Of a stretch of 64,000 bases of DNA, positions 53,948 to 64,000 are shown one piece after another (positions within the stretch are counted from its first letter, which is position 1; every line of letters begins with the position of its first letter). The notes beneath the pieces are model-generated. The model saw only the letters and a program-made list of their open reading frames with translations, made no database searches and was not told the origin of the DNA. The position numbers were made by a program, and so were the translations under genes. Origin of the DNA: an uncultured Planctomycetota bacterium (lineage in GTDB: Bacteria; Planctomycetota; Planctomycetia; Isosphaerales; Isosphaeraceae); contig CAWJTV010000013.1 in NCBI GenBank assembly GCA_963845755.1, forward strand, positions 1 through 64,000, written 5' to 3'.

Positions 53948-54250
53948 GATATCCCTCCCGGGGTGTTCACCTCTCGAATGCTGCCACAGCGCTTCGTATC
54001 AACGCAAACTCCATGCCGAATCGTCAGCGGACGACGGCGCTGCCTGTCCGCCTGAGTCGGGTTTGGTCTGTGCCTGAAGGACTCATGGCCGTACTTCAAT
54101 ACCGGTTTCGTCTCGGAGGCTGTCTCGATGCGATGCCTCGCGGCTTGAGTCGCGCCGGGCTCTCTCATTAAGATGACGCCTGGGTTCGAGAGCACGGATC
54201 GGGCATCCGGACGGATCGCCCGGACATGAGCAAGGGAGGACAGTCGCATC

Positions 54251-55744
54251 ATGGCAACCGCAACTCAACCACGCAAGAAGGCCGGTACTGGTAACGGGGC
54301 CGCCCGCTCACACCAGACCAAGATGCTGATCGACGGCCAGTGGCGCGACAGCCAGAGCGGCAAGACGTTCGCGACGATCAACCCGGCGACCGAGGAGGTC
54401 ATCGCCCAGGTCGCCGAGGGGGATGCCGCCGACATCGACCTGGCGGTCAAGGCCGCGCGCAAGGCGTTCGACTCGGGCCCCTGGCGCAAGATGGATGCCC
54501 GCGACCGTGGGCGGCTCATGAACAAGCTCGCCGACCTGATCGAATCGCACATCGACGAGCTGGCCGAGCTCGAAACCCTGGACAACGGCAAGCCGATCGG
54601 AGAGAGCCGCCACGCCGACCTGCCGCTGGTGATCGACTGCCTCCGCTACTATGCCGGCTGGGCCGACAAGATCCACGGGCAGACGATCCCGATCCGCGGC
54701 CGGTACTTCTGCTACACCCGGCGCGAGCCGGTCGGGGTGGTCGGGCAGATCATCCCCTGGAACTTCCCGATGTTGATGGTCGCCTGGAAGTGGGGCCCCG
54801 CGCTGGCGGCCGGGTGCACGGTCGTCATGAAGCCGGCCGAGCAGACCCCGCTGAGCTGCCTCCGCATGGGCGAGCTGGCGATGGAGGCCGGCTATCCGGC
54901 CGGCGTCATCAACATTGTCCCCGGCTACGGCGAGACGGCCGGCGACGCCCTGGTCAAGCACCCCGGGGTCGACAAGATCGCGTTCACCGGCTCGACCGAG
55001 GTCGGCCGGATCATCATGCAGAACGCCGCCGGCACGTTCAAGCGGGTCACCCTCGAGCTGGGCGGCAAGAGCCCGAACATCGTCTTCGCCGACGCCGACA
55101 TCGACTCCGCCGTCAATGGCGCGATGCTCGGCCTGTTCCTCAACCAGGGCCAGTGCTGCTGCGCCGGCAGCCGGCTGCTGGTCGAGGGCAAGGTCTACGA
55201 CACGATGGTCGATCGGCTGGCCGCGGCGACCGAGAATCGCAAGCTCGGCGACCCCTTCGACGCCGCCACCGAGCAGGGCCCACAGGTCGACAAGACCCAG
55301 TTCGACAAGGTGCTCGGCTATATCGAGTCGGGCAAGAAGCAGGGCGCCCGGTGCGTCGCCGGCGGCGAGCGGTTCGGCTCGAAGGGCTACTTCATCAAGC
55401 CGACCGTCTTCGCCGACGTGAAGGACGACATGAAGATCGCCACCGAGGAGATCTTCGGCCCGGTGATGCAGGTCCTGAAGTTCAACGACGTCGAGGAGGT
55501 GGTCCGGCGGGCCAACACCACCGACTACGGCCTGGCCGCCGCCGTCTGGACCCGCGACATCAAGAAGGCCCACACGATCGCCGAACGCCTCCGCGCGGGC
55601 ACGGTCTGGATCAATTGCTACGACGTCTTCGACGCCGCCGCCCCGTTCGGCGGGTTCAAGTCCAGCGGCATCGGCCGCGAGCTCGGCGAGAAGGCCCTCG
55701 ATAACTACACCGAGCTCAAGACCGTCACCGTCGCCCTGGATTGA
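54251..55744 (+). CDS. NAD-dependent aldehyde dehydrogenase
   Basis: [43 protein letters not shown]. Confidence 0.97.
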   Translation: MATATQPRKKAGTGNGAARSHQTKMLIDGQWRDSQSGKTFATINPATEEVIAQVAEGDAADIDLAVKAARKAFDSGPWRKMDARDRGRLMNKLADLIESHIDELAELETLDNGKPIGESRHADLPLVIDCLRYYAGWADKIHGQTIPIRGRYFCYTRREPVGVVGQIIPWNFPMLMVAWKWGPALAAGCTVVMKPAEQTPLSCLRMGELAMEAGYPAGVINIVPGYGETAGDALVKHPGVDKIAFTGSTEVGRIIMQNAAGTFKRVTLELGGKSPNIVFADADIDSAVNGAMLGLFLNQGQCCCAGSRLLVEGKVYDTMVDRLAAATENRKLGDPFDAATEQGPQVDKTQFDKVLGYIESGKKQGARCVAGGERFGSKGYFIKPTVFADVKDDMKIATEEIFGPVMQVLKFNDVEEVVRRANTTDYGLAAAVWTRDIKKAHTIAERLRAGTVWINCYDVFDAAAPFGGFKSSGIGRELGEKALDNYTELKTVTVALD

Positions 55745-55856
55745 CCGTCATCCTGGCACGATGGACAGAGCTTTCCCGGCGGGCAGGGACGCTCGCCGAC
55801 CTTCCCAACCAACGGAACATTCCCACCAAACTCCCGACAAAGCGAGGAGGTCGCCC

Positions 55857-56624
55857 ATGCGGTCGCATTACGCACCTCGGTACATGTCGAGCGGACTCTC
55901 ACCGCGGCTGGCCGGCATGGCATTGACATTCGTATTCGATCTTGGGGTTGATCCCCTGGCTGGCTTTGGCGGACGACGGCGAGACTCCGCAGCGCCCTGG
56001 AGCGCGATCCCGCAGGGCTGGACCGACCTGCTGGCCCAGGCCGGCGCCAAACTCGAGGGCTGGACGCGCGGGCCGATCCCGCCCACGGGCCGGATCAATC
56101 CCCGCTCCCAGTGGTCGATCGACGCGGCGACCGGTTATCTGGTCTGCGAAGGGAACGGCGGCCACGAGTGGCTGCGCTGGGACAAGGAGCTCGGCGATGG
56201 GATCTTCCACGTCGATTGGCGGTTCACTCCGGTGCAGGGCAAGAAGGGTTACAATTCGGGGATCTACGCCCGCAACTCGGCCGATGCCCGGATCTGGCAC
56301 CAGGCCCAGACCGGTTCCGGCTCGGGCGGGTACCTGTTCGGCCAGACCGAGGTCGCCGGCAAGCTCAAGGGAATCAATCTGTCGAAGCAACAAAAGGGAT
56401 CTCGGGTCAAGCCTGCCGGAGAATGGAATACATTCGAGATCACCTGCAAGGGCAAGGACATGTCCCTCTGGGTCAACGGCGCCGTCACAAACCAGTGGCA
56501 CGACTGTCAGGTCCCCAAGGGCTATGTGGGCCTCGAAGCTGAAGGGTATCGGATCGAGTTCCGCAATGTGAAGCTTAAGCTGCTCAATGGGGCGAGCACA
56601 GGAGAGCCGGTAACCAAGGGCTGA
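55857..56624 (+). CDS. DUF1080 (3-keto-disaccharide hydrolase) family protein
   Basis: YNSGIY, GEWNTFEI, WVNG, IEFRNVK. Confidence 0.85.
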   Translation: MRSHYAPRYMSSGLSPRLAGMALTFVFDLGVDPLAGFGGRRRDSAAPWSAIPQGWTDLLAQAGAKLEGWTRGPIPPTGRINPRSQWSIDAATGYLVCEGNGGHEWLRWDKELGDGIFHVDWRFTPVQGKKGYNSGIYARNSADARIWHQAQTGSGSGGYLFGQTEVAGKLKGINLSKQQKGSRVKPAGEWNTFEITCKGKDMSLWVNGAVTNQWHDCQVPKGYVGLEAEGYRIEFRNVKLKLLNGASTGEPVTKG

Positions 56625-56667
56625 CCGCGATCTCCGCGCGCTGGGCTGTCTTTATGGCGGTGATCGG

Positions 56668-57489
56668 TTAAACGCTCTGGCTCACCATCCGTTTGAGGTC
56701 CACCCAGGTTATAAGGCGCGACACGGTGTCCTCGTCCAGCGGGGGCACTCTCACGATCGCCGAGAGGCGCTCGACCAGTTCGGGCGCGACGCCGCACGCC
56801 AGTAAAGCGTCGCCGGTCACGGGCTGCTCCGGATGACGGCCCATGCCCGTCAGCACGGCATCGAGTCCGGCAAACTCTCCACCGCCGACGATCAGGAGGT
56901 GGCAATGGTCCAACTGGAATTGTTCGCGGAGGGCGTTGTCCACAATCCAATCCTCAGGTCGCAGCACAGCCTCCTGAGCGAATCTCTGATCCAGCCGCTC
57001 CACATAGATGATGCCACGCCGAGCCGCCTCGAGCTCGTAGCCGCAATCGCGGAGTAGCTCGTGCAGGACGGGACGGGCATCCGTGGTACCGAAACGACGT
57101 TCCGCGAACGGTACCCCGAAGACATGGGCCAGGGCTCGCGTCAGGAAAACGAGGCTGGTGCGTGCCGGACCGATCAGAAGGATCAGGCTCGGCCGTCCGC
57201 CCTCTTCGGCCTGGTAGTGGCGGACCGTCGCCTGGATCAGGGGGTCATCGACCGCTTGACTGCCAAGGATCTTTTCCAGCTTCGTCCGGATCTCTTCCGG
57301 CGGTGGCACGGAGAATGCGCACCCCGCAGTTTGATTGCGGCGGCGGCGTTCGCTTTCGAGGATTGACTGGCAAAGCTCGATGCAGTCGCCGCAGATGTAG
57401 ACGTAGTTTGGCCCTTCGACCAGGGGTCCGACATCACGGTAACTCTTGCGGCAAAACGAGCAGTAAGCATTGGAACGAGGTTCACCCAT
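56668..57489 (-). CDS. ClpX-like protein with C4 zinc finger and degenerate AAA+ domain
   Basis: CSFCRK...LVEGP...YICGDCIELC intact; Walker A reads LIGPARTS, Walker B IIYVERLD. Confidence 0.8.
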   Translation of the reverse strand: MGEPRSNAYCSFCRKSYRDVGPLVEGPNYVYICGDCIELCQSILESERRRRNQTAGCAFSVPPPEEIRTKLEKILGSQAVDDPLIQATVRHYQAEEGGRPSLILLIGPARTSLVFLTRALAHVFGVPFAERRFGTTDARPVLHELLRDCGYELEAARRGIIYVERLDQRFAQEAVLRPEDWIVDNALREQFQLDHCHLLIVGGGEFAGLDAVLTGMGRHPEQPVTGDALLACGVAPELVERLSAIVRVPPLDEDTVSRLITWVDLKRMVSQSV

Positions 57490-57724
57490 CGCGCCCTCCG
57501 CAGAACCGACCGATAACGCTTACCCCCATGCATCGACTCTACTCGGCCATGCGCCGTCGGTCCAGAGTGTGGGAATGGGACGAGGAGCAAGATCGCGTTT
57601 TGGGCCCATTCCGGTCGTCTCGGCAGGGTACTGCCTCCCAGAGCGGACCGCGCGTGACCGAAAAAATCACCGAACCCATTCAAATCCCCTCCCGGCGACT
57701 GTGTAATCTTCAGGAGGGGAATGC

Positions 57725-58336
57725 ATGAGCGATACGCCGACGACACGACCCAGCCTGTTGGTCCGGCTGCGCGACCCGATGGACGGGCGGGCCTGGAGCG
57801 AGTTCGTCGAGATCTATAACCCGTTGATCCATCGGCTTGCGCGACAGCGTGGGCTCCAGGAGGCCGATGCCGCCGACCTGGCGCAGGAGGTCTTCCGGGC
57901 CGTCGCCAACGCGATCGAGCGGTATGATCCCGACCCGGCCAAGGGCTCGTTCCGCGGCTGGCTCTCCACGATCGCCCGCAACCTGATCGTCAACCTCCTC
58001 AACGCCCAGCGGCGCCACCCGCGCGGCACGGGAGACTCCGACGTCCAGCAGCTTCTCGAGGCGCAGCCGGCCCCCGATTCGGACCAATCCGTGATCTTCG
58101 ACGCGGAATACCGCCGCCGGATGCTCGACTGGGCGGCCGAACGGGTCCGCGACGAGTTCTCCGAGCTGGTCTGGCTGGCCTTCTGGCGGACCGGCGTTGA
58201 TGGTCAGTCCGCCGAGGAAGCGGCGCGGGGTCTGGGACTGTCGGTCGGGACCGTCTATCAATACAAGAGCCGGGTCGTCGCCCGGCTCCGCCGAGAGATC
58301 GAACGCTTCGAGGATAAGACCAGCGACCACTCCTGA
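57725..58336 (+). CDS. ECF sigma-70 factor (kinase-associated)
   Basis: TRPSLLVRLRD, AWSEFVEIY, DLAQEV, GSFRGWL, VYQYKSRV. Confidence 0.95.
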   Translation: MSDTPTTRPSLLVRLRDPMDGRAWSEFVEIYNPLIHRLARQRGLQEADAADLAQEVFRAVANAIERYDPDPAKGSFRGWLSTIARNLIVNLLNAQRRHPRGTGDSDVQQLLEAQPAPDSDQSVIFDAEYRRRMLDWAAERVRDEFSELVWLAFWRTGVDGQSAEEAARGLGLSVGTVYQYKSRVVARLRREIERFEDKTSDHS

Positions 58337-58347
58337 AGGGCACAACG

Positions 58348-61300
58348 ATGGTCAACCGCATATCGGCTTGCGATCCGGACCGCTTGCGGTCCTACCTGGA
58401 CGACGATCTGAGCGCCGACGAGCAGGCCGAGCTGGCCGGTCACCTCGATCGCTGCGACACCTGCCAGCAGGCGCTGGAACGACTCGCCGCCGGGAGCGGG
58501 ATCTGGCGCGATCTGCGGCATCTCGGGAGCCCGTCGGACGCGTCGATGACGGGCCTGAAGCCCGAGGATCACCTGAGCCGCTCGTGGGGAAAACCGAAAC
58601 CGGCCGCCCTCCGGGAGGGGATCGATCTCAATTTCCTCGCCCCTTCGGAGAATCCGGCGTACCTCGGCCGCCTTGGGCCTTATGAGGTCATCGGCGTGCT
58701 GGGCGAGGGCGGCATGGGGGTCGTGCTCAAGGCGTTCGACCCGTCGTTGAGCCGGGTCGTGGCGATCAAGGTGCTGGCTCCGCAGATGGCCGCCAGCGGC
58801 GCCGCGCGTCGGCGGTTCTCCCGCGAGGCGAAGGCCGCCGCGGCGGTTGTCCATGACCATATCATCTCCATCTACGCGGTTGATAACGACCCCGTCAGCA
58901 GTCTCCCGTACCTGGTGATGCCCTGCGTGGCCGGTCATTCGCTCCAGGAGCGGATCGACCGCGACGGCCCGCTGCGGATCGAGGAAATCCTGCGCATCGG
59001 CCGCCAGACGGCGCTGGGGCTGGCCGCGGCACACGCGCAGGGATTGGTCCATCGTGACATCAAGCCGTCGAACATCCTGCTGGAGAACGGCGTCGAGCGG
59101 GTGAAGATCACCGATTTCGGGCTGGCCCGCGCCATGGACGACGCCAGCCAATCGCAGAGCGGCGTGGTGGCCGGGACGCCGCAGTACATGTCGCCCGAGC
59201 AGGCGAGCGGCGAGTCGTCCGACCATCGGTCCGACCTGTTCAGCCTGGGCAGCGTGCTGTATGCCATGTGCGCGGGGCGTTCGCCGTTCCGCGCCAAGAC
59301 GACGATGGGCGTGCTGCGGCGGGTCTGCGACGAGTCGCCACGTCCGCTGGTCGAGATCAATCCCGAGGTACCCGAAGAATTGGAAGCGGTCATCGAGCGG
59401 CTTCATGCCAAGGATCCGGCGTTGCGCTATCAAACGGCCGCCGAGGTCGCTGAGGTGCTCGGCCAGCAACTCGCCCAGCTCCAGCGCCCCGGTGCCCGTG
59501 TGAGGCGGTGCGCGGCCGTCGCGAGCCCTCAACCCGTCGCGGCGGTCTCACCTGCCGTCAAGAAAGCGGAGCCGGTCGACGACTGGGCGCCCGTCAAGCC
59601 GCGCCTCCGGGTGGAGAAATTCGTGGTGCCCGCCCTGTTGATCCTGTTCTGCCTGGCCGTCATCGGCGCGACCATCGGATGGGAGGCGACCCCCCTGGTG
59701 GCGAGCCTGCTCTTGCTGCTGGGCGTGACCGCCGCCGGCACGGCCGCCCACCTTGGCCGTCATAGGATCCAGGCCCTGGGATGGCATTCGTTCGCCCTGC
59801 TCGTCCTGCTCGGCATGGTGGCCGTCGGAACGTTCGCCTTGTTCACGTCTTCGGGACCGGTTCCCTCTCAGGCCGTAATCGCCGCGGGATTCGTCGAGCC
59901 GCCGGCGCATGGGGTCGTCACCAACCAGAACGAAAGCCAGACCATCGTCGGCTCGGGGAAGCCCGCGACAAAAGCCTGGAATCTCGCCGATTTCACGTCG
60001 GTCGAAATCATCCACCCGTTCCGCGCCGAGTTGGTCCGGGGGGATCGCTTCGCCGTGAGCGTAACCGCCGATGACAACGTGCTCGATCACATCCAGGTCG
60101 TCAAGGAGGACACGCGGCTCCGCATCGGCCTCGAGGATAACCGAAGCTACCGCCTACGCCGCGACTCGCTCAAGGTCGCGATCGCCATGCCGGCCCTGGG
60201 TTCGCTCGGCCTGAGCCATGGTGCCCGCGCCACGATCAAAGGGTTCGAGTCCCATCAGCCTTTCGAGGCGAGGCTGAGCCACGGCAGTGTTCTGGAGGGG
60301 ACCCTTGCGGCGGGGCGCCTGGCGCTCGATGCCACGCACGGCAGCGAGATCGCCCTGAAGGGGACCGCCGAGACCACCCGGCTCGTCGCGGCGCATGGCA
60401 GCGAATTGCCGCTGGAGGGGTTGGCCTTCCGCGACGCCGAGATCCAGCTTTCCCACGGCGCCACGGCGACGATCGACGCCAAGCCCGAGAAAGAACTCAA
60501 GGCCGAATTGCATCACGGCAGCACGCTGACCGGAGTGATCCAGGGGGGGACCGTCGAGCTGGAGGCCGGGCACGGGTCCCGGGCTTCCCTGAAGGGCTCA
60601 GCCCGAACGGCCAGGCTCACCGGGAACTTTTCCAGCCAGCTTCCGCTCGGAGAGCTCACTCTCGAGGGAGCGGACGTCCATCTCGGTCACGGCTCGTCGG
60701 CGACCGTCAACGCCACAAGCAAGCTGGACTACCATCTCGATTTCTCGTCAAACCTGAAGTATCACGGCAATCCTACGATCGGGACGTCGTCGAAGTCGCA
60801 TGGTTCGTCGGCCAGGACGATCCGCCCGGGTGACGAAGCGGCCGAGAAGCCGTCCGCGGCCCGGCAAGACCAGCGCCGGCCATCGGGTACGGCCCGGTCC
60901 GCGCGGCGGGGCGATGAGATCATCACCATCGATCTGAGGAGTGGAGGAAACGGAGGTCGTACGATCTGGATCAATCAGGCGGGTGGTCCGGCCGGCGTGA
61001 TCGAGGGCTCGGGGCGAAAAGCGACCAAGACCGTGGATGTCAAAGACTTCACGGTGATCAAGATCGAGCACACGCTCCAGGCCGACGTGACCCGGGCTGA
61101 CGCGTTCCAGGTTCGCCTGACGGCCGACGACAACATCCTGGATCGCATCGAGGTCGTCCGCGAGGGCTCGACCCTCCGGATCGGCCTGGCTCGAGGGAGC
61201 TACCGGCTTCAAGAAAGTCCGCGCGCGTCGATTACACTCCCAATCCTTGACGAGATCGACCTCAGCGGGGCCTCACGGGCCACGATTCAGGGCTTCGCGT

Positions 61301-61764
61301 CGGACCGGCCTTTCCATGCCCGGACCAGTGGGGCTAGCACGTTGGAGGGGTCGATCCGCGCCGGGGATATCGACTTCGACATCAGCGGGGCCAGCACGCT
61401 GAAGCTGGGCGGATCCGCCCGCGGGGCTCGAATGCTCGCCAGCGGTGCGAGCAAACTGGAGCTGGCAGGCTGGCAGGTGAATGGGGAGAAACTCATCCTC
61501 GATGTTAGCGGTGCCAGCTCGGTTCGGCTCGGCGGTTCGGCTCGAGCCGCTTCGCTGAAGGCGGAGGGCGCCAGCCAGCTCCACCTGGCCGACCTGGTTC
61601 TCGAGGCCGCAGACGTCGTACTCGACGGCGCATCGTCCGCGACCGTGCGGGTCAAGAGCCTGCTGAACTATGATGTAAGCTCCGCATCGACGTTGGTCTA
61701 TCTCGGAGAACCCACCATCGGTAAGGCCAGGAAGACCGGCATGTCCTCGGTCTCACATCGCTGA
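58348..61764 (+). CDS. Zn-finger / Ser-Thr kinase / 3 TM / two GIN (DUF2807) beta-helix domains
   Basis: HLDRCDTC, LGEGGMG, HRDIKPSN, DFGLA, GTPQYMSPE; DFT.V/I, ADDN.LD, SGAS repeats, YLGEP. Confidence 0.92.
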   Translation: MVNRISACDPDRLRSYLDDDLSADEQAELAGHLDRCDTCQQALERLAAGSGIWRDLRHLGSPSDASMTGLKPEDHLSRSWGKPKPAALREGIDLNFLAPSENPAYLGRLGPYEVIGVLGEGGMGVVLKAFDPSLSRVVAIKVLAPQMAASGAARRRFSREAKAAAAVVHDHIISIYAVDNDPVSSLPYLVMPCVAGHSLQERIDRDGPLRIEEILRIGRQTALGLAAAHAQGLVHRDIKPSNILLENGVERVKITDFGLARAMDDASQSQSGVVAGTPQYMSPEQASGESSDHRSDLFSLGSVLYAMCAGRSPFRAKTTMGVLRRVCDESPRPLVEINPEVPEELEAVIERLHAKDPALRYQTAAEVAEVLGQQLAQLQRPGARVRRCAAVASPQPVAAVSPAVKKAEPVDDWAPVKPRLRVEKFVVPALLILFCLAVIGATIGWEATPLVASLLLLLGVTAAGTAAHLGRHRIQALGWHSFALLVLLGMVAVGTFALFTSSGPVPSQAVIAAGFVEPPAHGVVTNQNESQTIVGSGKPATKAWNLADFTSVEIIHPFRAELVRGDRFAVSVTADDNVLDHIQVVKEDTRLRIGLEDNRSYRLRRDSLKVAIAMPALGSLGLSHGARATIKGFESHQPFEARLSHGSVLEGTLAAGRLALDATHGSEIALKGTAETTRLVAAHGSELPLEGLAFRDAEIQLSHGATATIDAKPEKELKAELHHGSTLTGVIQGGTVELEAGHGSRASLKGSARTARLTGNFSSQLPLGELTLEGADVHLGHGSSATVNATSKLDYHLDFSSNLKYHGNPTIGTSSKSHGSSARTIRPGDEAAEKPSAARQDQRRPSGTARSARRGDEIITIDLRSGGNGGRTIWINQAGGPAGVIEGSGRKATKTVDVKDFTVIKIEHTLQADVTRADAFQVRLTADDNILDRIEVVREGSTLRIGLARGSYRLQESPRASITLPILDEIDLSGASRATIQGFASDRPFHARTSGASTLEGSIRAGDIDFDISGASTLKLGGSARGARMLASGASKLELAGWQVNGEKLILDVSGASSVRLGGSARAASLKAEGASQLHLADLVLEAADVVLDGASSATVRVKSLLNYDVSSASTLVYLGEPTIGKARKTGMSSVSHR

Positions 61765-61883
61765 GAGTCTGTCCCAGAAGGAGCCGGTCCGGGCGAGCGG
61801 GGGGCGTCAGCCCCTGTCTTGGAGGTCCGTCGCTCACCGGACAGGGGGCTGACGCCCCCCGCTCGCCCTTCTGGGACAGACTC
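61765..61883. mobile_element. 119-bp MITE-like element containing a REP hairpin, TGA target duplication
   Basis: TIR GAGTCTGTCCCAGAAG / CTTCTGGGACAGACTC; TGA on both sides (61762-61764, 61884-61886). Confidence 0.7.
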
Positions 61884-61894
61884 TGAGCGGAGGA

Positions 61895-62326
61895 TCAGAT
61901 CCCCGCCAACGGCCGGTTCGCGCGAGGCATCGCCAGCCAGGCTCCCAGGTAAGCCGCGGGGAGGAACTCGACAACCCCCACCACCCACATCCAGAGCGGG
62001 TGCGGGATCATCATCATGGTGGCGACGGCTGCGCTCAGTCCCAGCACGCCGATACCGAGTCCAAACGCCAGCGGACCTCCGGGCGCAACCCGCGCGGCGA
62101 CCCACGCCCCGGCAAAGGTCGCCAATCCCCACGCCACTGTGACCGATACCAGCGCCCCGATCGGCAGCGTCTTCATCGCCGCCGCAAACGACTCCGGGTC
62201 GTGGGGATCAAGGCCAGGCGGAGGTGGGAAGATCACGTACCCAATCGTCTCCACGATCATGCCCATGACACCCATTGTGATGAACCCAAGAACTACGGCT
62301 AGGATGCCCCGGAAGACCTTTCCCAT
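61895..62326 (-). CDS. 4-TM membrane protein
   Basis: Hydrophobic helices; FPPPPGLD, IPHPLW. Confidence 0.8.
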   Translation of the reverse strand: MGKVFRGILAVVLGFITMGVMGMIVETIGYVIFPPPPGLDPHDPESFAAAMKTLPIGALVSVTVAWGLATFAGAWVAARVAPGGPLAFGLGIGVLGLSAAVATMMMIPHPLWMWVVGVVEFLPAAYLGAWLAMPRANRPLAGI

Positions 62327-62856
62327 GACGTTCTCATCCCCCAAATCGCGACCAGAGGGTCCAGGACTCCAAACCGTCCTCGATCATCGGCCGGCGCCGG
62401 GAGAGAAGTGAACCTCATTCTCACATTCAACGAACAATCATCTTTGATGACGACCGGCGCCGAACCGATGGGGTTCAGGCCCTCTGAATCTCCGGCCGCA
62501 GCAGACGTGCGCTCCCGATCCCATAGAACACGATCAAGATGCTGTAAACACACGGGCAGAACCGATCGGTCGGCGAGCCGAACGTCACCAGGAACCCGAG
62601 CACGCAGAAGGCCAGGGACAACAGCAAGCCGGCGGCGAGCGTCCATCGCAAGACAACGATCATCGATCCGCTCCTTCCTGGAGTGAGGGATGGGATGGTT
62701 GATGCTGCCCGGCGTCCGTGCCGAGCCGGCTTGCTTCTATGAGCAAGTCGCGCCGCTGCGTGCCACTCCTGCCAGGTTTTTTTGCCAGCTCTCAGAGGTC
62801 GGTCGCAGATTAGGCTAGTTATTTTGAGTCTGAAGCAACGGGACCGGGTGATTGGA

Positions 62857-63095
62857 ACTCGTTCCCACGCTCCTGCGTGGGAATGCCGTCTTGGCCGCTC
62901 TGCGGCCCCGGCGACGCGGAGCGTCGCACCCGGACGTTCCCACGCGGAGAGGCTGTGATTTTTTGGGGAAAAGCCCACTCATTGACCATAATCCATGTTT
63001 GTAACCCCTTGAAAATCAGGGGCTTGTTCCCATCAAACTTCGTGCATCTGACCTGTTTCACCCAAAAAATCACAGCCTCGGAGCATGGGAACGAG
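62857..63095. repeat. REP/REPIN element (same family as 16565-16830) carrying the MITE
   Basis: gttcccacgctcctgcgtgggaa ... gacgcggagcgtc ... cccacgcgga|MITE|ggagcatgggaacgag. Confidence 0.8.
62949..63079. mobile_element. 131-bp MITE, copy 2 (inverted relative to copy 1)
   Basis: Same TIRs and near-identical internal sequence; flanked by duplicated GGA. Confidence 0.9.
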
Positions 63096-63368
63096 GATTC
63101 TGACGGTGTTAGGTAGAGGCTTTCCTTCCTGAGCCCGGCTCCGTTGCTACAGACTTGTTATTTTCCCCAGATTGCTCTGATTGCCTCGTGCATCAAGTCG
63201 GCTGCCCGTTAAGATCGTCGGATTCCGGACGATCAATCCTAGCCTGGGATTCTTCGGCATTTCTGCGGACCGGAATGAGAGGCGAACTTCTGAGCCGGCC
63301 GGATCCGCTATCGAGATCTTGGGCACGCGCGCCCCATGCCCTGAAACGCCGATTTTCGCGAAGCGGAA

Positions 63369-63742
63369 TCACGTTCCACGCGGTCCGGAGTGAGACGATT
63401 CCTCAAGGGTCTGGGACCTCCATCGCCCCCAAAGCAGGCGGCGGAGCCGCCTCGCTGCTACGCAGGACAGCGAGGCGAGGCAGAGGATGACGAGGGTCAT
63501 TCGCAGGTACGCCGCGGCCGAGATGGGGAGCGCCAGGCCGGTCCCGATCGCGACGTACGCGGCCAGGCACGCGGGGCACTTCGGCAAGAGCGCCAGGACC
63601 GCGCCGGGGACCATCCATCCGGCGATGTCGAAACAGGATCGCGCGCGGCCGGCGGCCGCGGATCGAGATCGGCGACCCGCACGGCGTCCGAGCGGCGGTC
63701 CTGGCCGCGAGGGGCAACCTCGCAGCAACGACCGGCGCTCAT
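63369..63742 (-). CDS. small membrane protein with LLPKCPAC motif (frameshift)
   Basis: [18 protein letters not shown]; start overlaps the DUF899 stop. Confidence 0.7.
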
Positions 63743-64000
63743 GGCCGGGCCTCGCCCGACGCTTCGCGGGGCCGGTACAGGTCCGTCGCGTCGACGAAGC
63801 CGCCATGACCGTACCTGTCGTGGTGCCGCACCCAGTCCATCAGGTTGTGGTGGGGGCCCGTCTCGTTGCGGCCCTTCGGTGTGAGGTCGAGATAGAAATA
63901 CGTGCCGAGCACCCCTTCATCACCGCGCGCATAGCACGAGTAGGTGTGGAAGACGTCGCCGACTTCGTCCTTGGTGAACACGCTGAGACCGGAGCCCTCA
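63739..64000 (-). CDS. DUF899 (thioredoxin-like) family protein, 3' part
   Basis: [33 protein letters not shown]. Confidence 0.9.
   Translation of the reverse strand, partial: EGSGLSVFTKDEVGDVFHTYSCYARGDEGVLGTYFYLDLTPKGRNETGPHHNLMDWVRHHDRYGHGGFVDATDLYRPREASGEARP

Noticed and set aside
1..64000. tRNA, rRNA, riboswitch or prophage genes
   Set aside because: No recognisable cloverleaf, rRNA or phage structural genes by eye; a cmscan/tRNAscan run would be needed to exclude ncRNAs

Overview
GC-rich bacterial DNA, most likely a planctomycete of the Isosphaeraceae type. This is inferred from ECF sigma/Ser-Thr kinase pairs, sulfatases, a PQQ-dehydrogenase/cytochrome c fusion, DUF1080 and an LESRxLL-type signal motif. 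Many long genes are split by single-base frameshifts, which looks like long-read indel error, so genes were re-joined by eye. All domain calls are from motif recognition, not database searches. Layout: (1) 1-16 kb holds two tandem paralogous modules of ECF sigma -> Zn-finger/Ser-Thr kinase/TM/DUF4384-like -> exported TPR-CHAT protease. Both have a conserved ECF-type promoter. In module 2 the protease tail and the kinase ectodomain share the peptide RG[T/D]VRPLA, suggesting a protease-kinase-sigma trans-envelope signalling cascade; this is the best candidate for an undescribed system. (2) 17-26 kb has a sulfatase, two phosphodiesterase/nucleotide pyrophosphatase genes and small genes. (3) 26.5-36.3 kb is an accessory island: YwgA-like plus HD dNTPase behind an operator-overlapped promoter, then an NT5C nucleotidase / FAD oxidoreductase-GAF / HIT / methyltransferase cluster and a DUF6788-IS with a 9-bp TSD. 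(4) 36-64 kb has a PQQ dehydrogenase, a nuclease-fold/PIN pair, a sulfatase, BlaI/BlaR1, Uma2, a serine hydrolase, a B12 radical SAM enzyme, ALDH, a pseudo-ClpX and a third ECF-kinase pair with GIN (DUF2807) domains. Several REP palindromes are present, two carrying the same 131-bp MITE in the hairpin loop. No rRNA, tRNA or CRISPR array was seen.
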